10,107 nucleotides of DNA from contig DUFS01000013.1 in NCBI GenBank assembly GCA_013331805.1, positions 1 to 10,107 of the forward strand. Direction: 5' to 3'. The position numbers and the translations under genes are program-made. Positions 1 to 6,574 of the stretch are shown here, in pieces. This DNA comes from Candidatus Micrarchaeota archaeon (GTDB lineage: Archaea > Micrarchaeota > Micrarchaeia > Anstonellales > Anstonellaceae). Each line of letters starts with the position of its first letter. The stretch's first letter is position 1. The notes beneath the pieces are model-generated. The model saw only the letters and a list, made by a program, of their open reading frames with translations. It did not search any database and was not told where the DNA came from.

Positions 1-34
1 GATTATTAAATGTTGTTATACAAATGACAAAAAA

Positions 35-649
35 TTATATCAATGGTGCGATTGAACAGCGGTGGGCACCATCTACCTTTATCAGTTCAGATAAATTAAC
101 AGTTGTGATGGTAGCATCAGCAGTTTTGCTTACCGGGCAGGAAGGAGAACCTATGAGGCGGGTTCTTAAGTGTGGTTCTTTGCTGCTGACAGAAATCAAA
201 TTAGCTAGAAGTTTCTTAGTTTGCTTCTCCGTGAGTAATTTTAAAGGAGAATAAAGGCTGTGTAGCAGTTCAATATCCTCCGCCTTTTCAATAGCATCAG
301 GATACAATAATTTTCCAACCAAACTGAAGACACAGTCCAGATGAAGAGTTTCGCCCACTGTCAAAATGGGAACAACCTCATAATCAGTTCCAACAACACT
401 TTGCAACCATTTCGCTCCATCCATATTGGTCCGGTAGCCAATACCGACTAGCATTAAATGATGTGCTTTATCCAAAAATAGGTCTCCCCACTCAATCATT
501 GCTTCTGGTGGCGGGACATAGTCCGCATTTTTAATCAATTCGTATTCCGACTGGCGTATCGCTGAAAGCATGTTAGCCCGAAGCACTTTCATGTCACACG
601 GAAATGACCAGTGTATCTTTTTCTGTTGCTCAGTCTCCTTTTTGATCAC
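35..649 (-). pseudogene. Amidinotransferase / dimethylarginine dimethylaminohydrolase (DDAH)-family protein, N-terminally truncated and probably decaying
   Basis: Family motifs are recognisable: FPCD (consensus FxRD), IEWGD (IEGGD), GYRTN, LHLDCVF, ANLISV and C-terminal DGAHRCSIAPL (GGxxRCxxxP, catalytic Cys). Only 204 aa with a GTG start, lacking the usual N-terminal part. DNA is visibly more AT-rich than the rest of the window. Confidence 0.6.
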
Positions 650-665
650 TATACCCCTTACGGGG

Positions 666-730
666 GCGTCAGAAGCTACTCCGTTGGGTCATCGCACAAG
701 GCTAACCCACTGGAGCGGTGTCATCATCGC
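666..730 (-). ncRNA. Box C/D guide sRNA (sRNA-1) with a non-canonical internal hairpin in place of C'/D'
   Basis: Minus strand reads GCG-AUGAUGA(box C, 727-721)-CACCGCUCCAGU(12-nt guide)-GGGUUAGCCUUGUGCGAUGACCC(hairpin)-AACGGAGUAGCUU(13-nt guide)-CUGA(box D, 672-669)-CGC. It has a terminal GCG/CGC stem, lies in an intergenic gap, has a TATA-like element about 23 nt upstream, and its guides are antisense to conserved 23S rRNA motifs. Confidence 0.8.
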
Positions 731-752
731 GTAAGTAGTTTGGTAAGAAGCG

Positions 753-759
753 TATTTAT
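753..759 (-). promoter_or_regulatory. TATA box for sRNA-1
   Basis: Minus strand ATAAATA ends about 23 nt before the sRNA 5' stem at 730, the standard archaeal spacing. Confidence 0.5.
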
Positions 760-790
760 CGGTTGCCCTTGTCTGCAAGTAGTTGCCAGT

Positions 791-1585
791 TCAGTAGAGG
801 ACGATCACCGGCTCGGTGTAGCGGCGAATCGAGCTTTCCCCCAGCCTCTTTCTCAGAGACGCGTCCATCATTTCCTTTGTAACTTCGGGAGGCTCGGCAA
901 GCCATCCCAGATGCAGGTTCAGCCTGATTATCCTGTCAGGGATCACATGCCTGGTGCTCTTGGGAGGCATGACTTTGCCCGAAGTTGCCGCGTCAAGTAT
1001 TTCCTCCTTTTTGTAAATCCTCCTGCAGAATACCGCATAGCCCTGGTTCAGGTATTCCTCCCACCTGTCGTCCGCCACGTACTGCATGTCCCTGCCCTCG
1101 GTTGCAGCTATGAATTTCCTTTGCTGCGAAACGACTCCCTGCACTGTCCTTTCGTTGGAATCGTAAAGGAAGCATTCCCGTTTCCCGTCAGTTTTCCTCA
1201 CGTAAAGGAAAGTGGCCTCCATCCTGTTTATGGCTGCCATTCCTGATTCAAAGTCAACTGCCTCAGGCTTGAATCCGCCGATTTCAGTGTGGCCAATCAC
1301 TTTTGAGACCGGGAACCAGCTTCCAACCCTGATTTCGGGCGAATGGTAATCCACGAGCTGGCAGGCGGCATTCGGGCACTTGATGAGCTCGAGGACCTTT
1401 TTCCTGTGATTGCCGTCCACCACCATGTTGCGGCTTTTCTCAACTATGAGCGGATCGACCAGCCTGCCCATGTTGAGCATGCCCTCGCGAAGCCTCTGCA
1501 GGTTGAATGGGATGATTTCCTCATGGCTGCAAAGCCTGTCGACGGGGAGGATCTGGAGGCGGCTTATGATCTCCTCGGGAAGCAT
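791..1585 (-). CDS. serK: SerK-type free serine kinase (ParB/Srx-fold, SerK/SbnI family)
   Basis: Motifs SHEE (SerK PHEQ, catalytic Glu), PLIV..VVDGNHR (DGHHR), VDY..WFP, RRIYKKEE and MPPKSTRHVIP (FSPKTTRHVLP in Thermococcus SerK) occur in the expected order. Start moved from 1609 to ATG 1585, which has a GGTG RBS and TTTAAA at 1617-1622 upstream. Confidence 0.8.
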   Translation of the reverse strand: MLPEEIISRLQILPVDRLCSHEEIIPFNLQRLREGMLNMGRLVDPLIVEKSRNMVVDGNHRKKVLELIKCPNAACQLVDYHSPEIRVGSWFPVSKVIGHTEIGGFKPEAVDFESGMAAINRMEATFLYVRKTDGKRECFLYDSNERTVQGVVSQQRKFIAATEGRDMQYVADDRWEEYLNQGYAVFCRRIYKKEEILDAATSGKVMPPKSTRHVIPDRIIRLNLHLGWLAEPPEVTKEMMDASLRKRLGESSIRRYTEPVIVLY

Positions 1586-1616
1586 CGATGCACCGCTACA
1601 AAATCGCACTATCTTC

Positions 1617-1622
1617 TTTAAA
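1617..1622 (-). promoter_or_regulatory. TATA box of serK
   Basis: TTTAAA lies about 31 nt upstream of ATG 1585. Confidence 0.5.
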
Positions 1623-1665
1623 TACGATCGGCGTTTCCTTCGTCAATCGCCTGCCATTAATTGTT

Positions 1666-1723
1666 GCCTCAGCCGCTGTTAACCACATCATGAGTGTCAG
1701 CGGTTGTTCATATCATCATCGGC
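1666..1723 (-). ncRNA. Canonical archaeal box C/D guide sRNA (sRNA-2)
   Basis: Minus strand reads GCC-G-AUGAUGA(C, 1719-1713)-UAUGAACAACCG(12 nt)-CUGA(D', 1700-1697)-CACUC-AUGAUGU(C', 1691-1685)-GGUUAACAGCGG(12 nt)-CUGA(D, 1672-1669)-GGC. All four boxes are present, both guides are 12 nt, and the GCC/GGC terminal stem has K-turn geometry. Confidence 0.92.
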
Positions 1724-1809
1724 GCAGCCGCTGAATTATTCAACGGAGTTGAATATTTTCATGGGCGAATTGGATTTGAACCAAAGGATTAAAATGAGCT
1801 ATATACAAT

Positions 1810-1825
1810 TACTCGCAATTGAGTA
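1810..1825. promoter_or_regulatory. Palindromic operator, candidate RbkR autoregulatory site
   Basis: TACTC-GCAATT-GAGTA inverted repeat 15 nt upstream of the rbkR ATG and just downstream of TATA-like TTAAAA (1789-1794). Confidence 0.6.
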
Positions 1826-1840
1826 GGGAAGGGTGAAGTC

Positions 1841-2479
1841 ATGCTGTCCGAAATAGTATTTTTTCTCCTGAGACAAGGCGCGCACAGGGAGCCCAAGCGC
1901 ATCACCACCAACGAGGTCGCCCAAAACATCAGCGTATCGCAGCAAACAGCCTCAAGGAAGCTCATCAACCTTGAGAAATCCGGCGAAATCGAGCGAGCGG
2001 GGGGCAAGGTTTTCCTTACGGAAAAGGCGGTTTCCCAGGCAAGAAGGTGCGTGAAGGAGGTGATGGAGGCCCTTGAAGGCACGAGCATTGGATTCGCAGG
2101 CACAGTTGTCCAGGGCGTGGGCGAAGGCGCCTATTACCTATCGCAAAAGGAGTACGTAAGGGAGTTCAGGAAACGCCTGGGCTTCAAGCCATTCCCCGGG
2201 ACCCTCAACGTGTCAATAGAGGATGACGACATAGAAAAGCGCCTGCTTCTGCGCCAGCAAAAACCGATACAGATAAGCGGATTTCGGAAAGGCAACCGCA
2301 CCTTTGGCAAGATCGAGGCGTACCGCTGCGCGATCGGTGGGATTCCGGCCGCAATAGTCTTCCCCGAGCGCTCGGTGCACGGCCTCAAGCTGCTTGAAAT
2401 AATCTCGCCTTTCCAACTGAGGAAAAAGCTGGATCTTTCTGACGGCTCCAAGGTGGGCATAGAAGTTGTGGCAAACTAA
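1841..2479 (+). CDS. rbkR: Bifunctional winged-HTH regulator / CTP-dependent riboflavin kinase
   Basis: N-terminal HTH (ITTNEVAQNISVSQQTASRKLINLEKSGEIER). Kinase motifs GTVVQGVGEGAYYL, LGFKPFPGTLN, PERSVH and LEIISPFQLRKKLDLSDG. GGTGA RBS upstream. Confidence 0.93.
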   Translation: MLSEIVFFLLRQGAHREPKRITTNEVAQNISVSQQTASRKLINLEKSGEIERAGGKVFLTEKAVSQARRCVKEVMEALEGTSIGFAGTVVQGVGEGAYYLSQKEYVREFRKRLGFKPFPGTLNVSIEDDDIEKRLLLRQQKPIQISGFRKGNRTFGKIEAYRCAIGGIPAAIVFPERSVHGLKLLEIISPFQLRKKLDLSDGSKVGIEVVAN

Positions 2480-2491
2480 AAAAGCCTAGTT

Positions 2492-3517
2492 TTACGACCA
2501 GCTTCCCAGTTTGGTCTGCGCCCCGACCTCGCTCATTTTCTTTTCAACATTCTCGCAGGTGCGGGCCACTCTTTCCTCTGAAAAGTCGAACTTGCCGCAG
2601 AGGAATTTCACAAGCTCGCCGCTTCTCATTTTCCCGAATCTGACCTCAACGCCTTTTTTCACAGGAGGCTCCAGGAAGAATTTTTCAACATTCTCAAAAA
2701 GCTCAAGCTGATCGGTTGCCCCTGCCTTATTTGCGGCTTCCACAAGCGACTTTGACTCCTTCACGATTTTCAGAGCCTTCTTGGGCCCAATCCCCTTCAC
2801 TCCCTCGTCAAAATCCGTTCCTGAAAGTATTCCAGCCCAGATCAGCTGCTGCCTGCTGACTCCCAGCGTGCCAAGAACTGAAAGTAGCTCGATGAATTCT
2901 GGCGTGACTTCAACGTATTCGTTCCTCCCAGGGATTTTCCTTCTTCCGCCAATAGACAGGTTGCGAAGCACAAGGGGCGCGCCGAACAGCAGGCAGTCTA
3001 TGTCCTGCGAGGCAACAGCATCTGCCGTGCCTTCAATTACCATTTGAGAAGCCTGCGCCTCTCCTTCCGAAGGCGATTCCACCACGGGTATCCCCATGAG
3101 CTCAAGAAGCTCCTTGGACTGCCGAACCATTTCGGAAGTCAGGCGCGAGGTTGCCTGTGCAGCCTTTCTTGCCTCTTCCATCATCCCTTTCTCCAGCGCA
3201 GCCTTCCAGGCAGCTTCCGCCTCCTTTTTCCGCTCGCTCCTCTCACGAAGAGTGTTGCCCTTCTGGTCAGGGGGCTTGCCGTCAAATACATAGATTGGGC
3301 GGATTCCGTTTTCCAGCAAGCGCGAATTCCGATAGAATATGCCGGCAAGGTGCCCTGTGGTGTTGCCGTGCGAATCCATCAGCGGCGTTCCATCTGGCTG
3401 GCGGATGGAGGACAGGAACTGGTATATGGTGTTGAATGCGTCAACAGCGAACTTCTTTCCCGCAAGGTCCGGAATGGATGCGGTCTTTTTCGGAAGCTCG
3501 CCCAAATCTACTCCCAT
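2492..3517 (-). CDS. fen: Flap endonuclease 1
   Basis: MGVDL start, AVDAFNTIYQFLSSIRQPDGTPLMD, YVFDGKPP, SEGEAQA, SQDIDCLLFGAP, GTDFDEGVKGIGPKKA and a C-terminal PIP box QTKLGSW. Confidence 0.98.
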   Translation of the reverse strand: MGVDLGELPKKTASIPDLAGKKFAVDAFNTIYQFLSSIRQPDGTPLMDSHGNTTGHLAGIFYRNSRLLENGIRPIYVFDGKPPDQKGNTLRERSERKKEAEAAWKAALEKGMMEEARKAAQATSRLTSEMVRQSKELLELMGIPVVESPSEGEAQASQMVIEGTADAVASQDIDCLLFGAPLVLRNLSIGGRRKIPGRNEYVEVTPEFIELLSVLGTLGVSRQQLIWAGILSGTDFDEGVKGIGPKKALKIVKESKSLVEAANKAGATDQLELFENVEKFFLEPPVKKGVEVRFGKMRSGELVKFLCGKFDFSEERVARTCENVEKKMSEVGAQTKLGSWS

Positions 3518-3563
3518 GGGTGCAAATTAGCCTGCGCATTGTTTTTATTGTATTGGTGGCGCC

Positions 3564-4307
3564 TCACTCCAGCGTCCTTGCAATGAGCCAGATGGCAAAC
3601 GCGCCCAGGAGAAGGAAAAACAGCTGCAGGGCAGAGCTTTTTGCCCGCTTTTCCTTGTGTATTTCCGGCAGGAGGTCCGCGGACGCAATGTAGATGAACA
3701 TGCCCGCTGTGAAGGCGAGCGCATAGCTTTCCATGTGCAGCACAGCACCTGAGAAAAAGAAGAACAGCACGCCGCCGGCAACAGCAGCAAGCGCGGAAAG
3801 GAAATTGAATGCAAGCGCCTTTTTCTTCGTATAACCGCTGAAAAGCAACAGGCCGAAATCCCCGATCTCCTGCGGGATTTCGTGGAGCGCAATCGCAAGA
3901 GTGGTGGTCAGCCCCAAAGGCACATTGACCAGGAACGCCGCGGCAATCGCAACACCGTCGAAAAAGTTGTGGAACGCGTCCCCCACCAGCGTAAGCATGC
4001 CAAGCGGATGGGTGTGCTCCCTTTCCCTTGCCGCATGGTGGTGGTGCCAGTGGATTATCTTTTCCATCACGAATGCTACAATAATTCCGACAAAGGCAAG
4101 CTCAAGCGCTGCAGATATGTCAATTCCTTTTGAAGCCTCGGGCAAAAGGTCGAAAAGCGCCGCACCCAGGAGCGTGCCTGTGGAAAAGCTGATCAGGAAA
4201 AAGAGGATTTCGTCAATCCTCTTCTTGCCCAGGAAAACAAGGACAATGCCAATGAGGGAAATCAGGCTCACCAGCACGGTTGCCGCAACAATGAGCTCAA
4301 GGACCAT
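3564..4307 (-). CDS. zupT: ZIP-family (ZupT/GufA) divalent metal, probably zinc, transporter
   Basis: Multiple hydrophobic TM segments, His-rich loop HWHHHHAAREREHTHP, TM4 GDAFHNFFDG, TM5 HEIPQEIGD and FIYIASADLLPE. True start is ATG 4307 (MVLELIV). The longer ORF call runs antisense through nikR. Confidence 0.93.
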   Translation of the reverse strand: MVLELIVAATVLVSLISLIGIVLVFLGKKRIDEILFFLISFSTGTLLGAALFDLLPEASKGIDISAALELAFVGIIVAFVMEKIIHWHHHHAAREREHTHPLGMLTLVGDAFHNFFDGVAIAAAFLVNVPLGLTTTLAIALHEIPQEIGDFGLLLFSGYTKKKALAFNFLSALAAVAGGVLFFFFSGAVLHMESYALAFTAGMFIYIASADLLPEIHKEKRAKSSALQLFFLLLGAFAIWLIARTLE

Positions 4308-4329
4308 GGCATTATAATGCAGGGAAATA

Positions 4330-4358
4330 TTATTAACTTTATCTATTATAGTTATTAA
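4330..4358. promoter_or_regulatory. Imperfect inverted repeat in the zupT/nikR divergent promoter, candidate NikR-family operator
   Basis: TTATTAAC-N13-GTTATTAA (one mismatch from perfect dyad). A further GTTATTAA copy at 4383-4390 abuts the regulator ATG. Confidence 0.5.
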
Positions 4359-4389
4359 CATTGGAAGAGCGCTTATAAGGCGGTTATTA

Positions 4390-4785
4390 ATGGGCGGAAA
4401 AACAAAAATAATCAGCATATCTCTCCCTTGGGAGGCGTTGCGGGAGGTGGACGGGCTCAAGTCGCAGCTTGGCTTCTCGGGGAGATCCGAGGCAATCCGC
4501 GCAGGCATCCGCACGCTCGTTTCAGAGAACAGGGAGCGGGAGAAGCTGTCCGGGAAGGTGAAATGCGTCCTCCTCCTGGTGCACAGCGAAAAATCGGAGG
4601 ACAAGGCAACAGAACTCAAGCACAAGTTCGAAGATGTCATCTCAACGCAGATACACAGCAGCCTTTCTGCGGGCAAGTGCATGGAAGTGTTCCTGATGGA
4701 CGGGGACGCGGAGCGCATAAAGAAGCTGGTGAAAGGCGTCCAGTCAAATAAGAAGATAGATTACTTCAAGCTCGTCGTGCCATGA
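4390..4785 (+). CDS. nikR: NikR-family ribbon-helix-helix metal-responsive regulator
   Basis: RHH domain IISISLP...GFSGRSEAIRAGIR. ACT-like C-domain with LKHKFEDVISTQIHSSLSAGKCMEVF. Confidence 0.88.
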   Translation: MGGKTKIISISLPWEALREVDGLKSQLGFSGRSEAIRAGIRTLVSENREREKLSGKVKCVLLLVHSEKSEDKATELKHKFEDVISTQIHSSLSAGKCMEVFLMDGDAERIKKLVKGVQSNKKIDYFKLVVP

Positions 4786-4786
4786 C

Positions 4787-5239
4787 CTATCTCTTTCCCT
4801 TCCTTTCTATTTCGAGTATGTCCCCCAAGGTTATCCCGCCCTTTGCCTGCGAGGATGCAGAGCCGCTTGTGCTCACAACTCCCTGCAGCAACTTGATGCC
4901 AAGCTCCTTTTCGAGCTTGTGCGCGACCTTCTCATCAGGAAGAGTCCGCTCGTGCTCGATCCTTTCCAAAAAAGACATCTTTTCGTTAATTCTTTCTGCG
5001 AGAACTTCGATCGGCAGGCCCAGCTTCTTCCTTGCATTTGCGATAATGGAACCGTAGCCTTCCACAACTTCCAGCTCCTCCTTGTGCCTCGTTGTGCCCA
5101 AGTCGCTTCTCATTTCCTGCGCAGGCGGGGACCTAAGCAGCTTCCCTGAGTTAGAGCAATCCGAGCAGACATTGAGCTTGGCGCCTTCAATTAGGATTAG
5201 GTAGCCCGCTTCTGGCGCTCCGCAAATTTCGCATTCCAC
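4787..5239 (-). CDS. mbf1: Archaeal multiprotein-bridging factor 1 (Zn-ribbon + HTH)
   Basis: CEICG...IEGAKLNVCSDC Zn ribbon, Cro-type HTH (ARKKLGLPIEVLAERINEKMSFLERIE...KLEKELGIKL) and C-terminal TLGD motif. GTG start with GGAGG RBS. Confidence 0.93.
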   Translation of the reverse strand: MECEICGAPEAGYLILIEGAKLNVCSDCSNSGKLLRSPPAQEMRSDLGTTRHKEELEVVEGYGSIIANARKKLGLPIEVLAERINEKMSFLERIEHERTLPDEKVAHKLEKELGIKLLQGVVSTSGSASSQAKGGITLGDILEIERKGKR

Positions 5240-5308
5240 TGCAAAGCCCTCCCAATGCTCTAACTCAATCGATAAAGCCTTATATTCGTTTCCAAGCCCA
5301 ATTGCTGC

Positions 5309-6481
5309 ATGAAAGACATGTTCAAGCCAGTGTTTGCCATAGGCGCAATTGCTGTCTCATTGCTGATATTCGTAACAGTCCTGGATTCGAATCTTCCGGC
5401 AATCGCCAAGTTCGTGCTTGGCGCTGCCTCGCTTGCCGGCTGCGGGATGGCGATTGCAGGCCTTTACAAGCTCGAGCACTGGGCAGGCATGTTCCTGCTT
5501 CGCAGCCAGCACGGGCTCAAGTTCCTTGACAGCGTTGCGAGAAAATATCCGCGGCTCTGGCAGTATTTTGCCGAAATGGGCATGATAGTGGGGTACGGCT
5601 CCCTGGCATATTTCATAATGGGCAGGAAAAAAATGGGCTGGAAAGTCGCTGCAGCGCGATATGCGCCAGGCACATTCATCCTGATCTTTGTCTACGCCCT
5701 ACTGCCCGTGGCAATGGCGATACTGCTTTCCATGGTGCGGGGAGGGGAGGAGTTTTCAACTGCTGGCTCGAAATTCCAGGAAGCCGCCTCGGGCGTGGAC
5801 GGCCTGAAATACATTTCCGCGGCTATGCTTGCGTTCGGTGGCATCACCTTCCTGACCACGATAAGCATTGTCACCTATGCCGGAATTGTCGGGGCTGCGC
5901 TTATTTCGGCGCTGATGGGAAATGGCGGGCCAATAGCCGCCACCCCTCCGGGCGGAATGCCGATCCTGCCAGGCGTCAACCTTGACCTGGTGCAGGGCCT
6001 GCTTGCCCTTGCCGTGGTGCTCCTGGTGCACGAGGGAATGCACGGCGTCCTTGCGCGGCTTTACAAGCTGCCCCTCAAGTCAGCTGGCCTGGTCATATTC
6101 GGCTTCCTGCCCTTTGGGGCATTCGTTGACATTGACGAAAAAAGGCTTTTCAAGGAAAGGAAGGAGCGGCAGAACTCGGTGATGGTGGCAGGAACGGCTG
6201 CGAACTTTGCCACAGCCATATTCTTCCTCGCCCTTCTTATATCATTCGTCGCATTGGTGGGCGCCTCGCCCTCTGACTTGCAGCGCCAGGTGGGCAGGTT
6301 CATTGCGCTTACCTTTTCGCTGAACGTGATAGTGGCTGCGGTGAACCTCGTCCCACTTCCCATGTTCGACGGCTACCACATAATGAGGAATGCAGTGCCA
6401 CACCCCTGGCTCCAGAAGGCGATAGTCTACCTGGTCGGGCTTTCCTTCCTGCTCACACTGTTCCCCTGGGTGCTCCGCTAG
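5309..6481 (+). CDS. Site-2 protease (peptidase M50) intramembrane zinc metalloprotease
   Basis: HEGMHG zinc motif in a TM segment, LKSAG, GAFVD, VMVAGTAANF and NLVPLPMFDG (NxxPxxxLDG). No PDZ insert apparent. Confidence 0.93.
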   Translation: MKDMFKPVFAIGAIAVSLLIFVTVLDSNLPAIAKFVLGAASLAGCGMAIAGLYKLEHWAGMFLLRSQHGLKFLDSVARKYPRLWQYFAEMGMIVGYGSLAYFIMGRKKMGWKVAAARYAPGTFILIFVYALLPVAMAILLSMVRGGEEFSTAGSKFQEAASGVDGLKYISAAMLAFGGITFLTTISIVTYAGIVGAALISALMGNGGPIAATPPGGMPILPGVNLDLVQGLLALAVVLLVHEGMHGVLARLYKLPLKSAGLVIFGFLPFGAFVDIDEKRLFKERKERQNSVMVAGTAANFATAIFFLALLISFVALVGASPSDLQRQVGRFIALTFSLNVIVAAVNLVPLPMFDGYHIMRNAVPHPWLQKAIVYLVGLSFLLTLFPWVLR

Positions 6482-6574
6482 GCAGTTTTCCAGTTTTGCT
6501 GCCAGGCCTGATCTCGCGGTTTTATCAAGTGTCGTAATCGGTACAAATGCCCCTGCCGCATTCAATGGGAGAAT

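Noticed and set aside
611..1246. 211-aa plus-strand ORF
   Set aside because: Shadow ORF antisense to serK and sRNA-1, with no motifs.
1762..1785. tRNA-like T-arm on the minus strand (TTGG-TTCAAAT-CCAA-TTCGCCCA), with TAGCTCA nearby upstream
   Set aside because: No matching 5' acceptor strand, D arm or anticodon arm can be built, and the spacing is too short. At most a tRNA 3' remnant or chance match. Comparing with the genome's tRNA 3' ends would settle it.
3044..3586. 180-aa plus-strand ORF and other short ORFs within fen
   Set aside because: Antisense shadows of a highly conserved gene.
4308..4718. 137-aa N-terminal extension of the ZIP ORF in the ORF track
   Set aside because: It is antisense to nikR and crosses the AT-rich promoter region. 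ZIP homology begins at ATG 4307.
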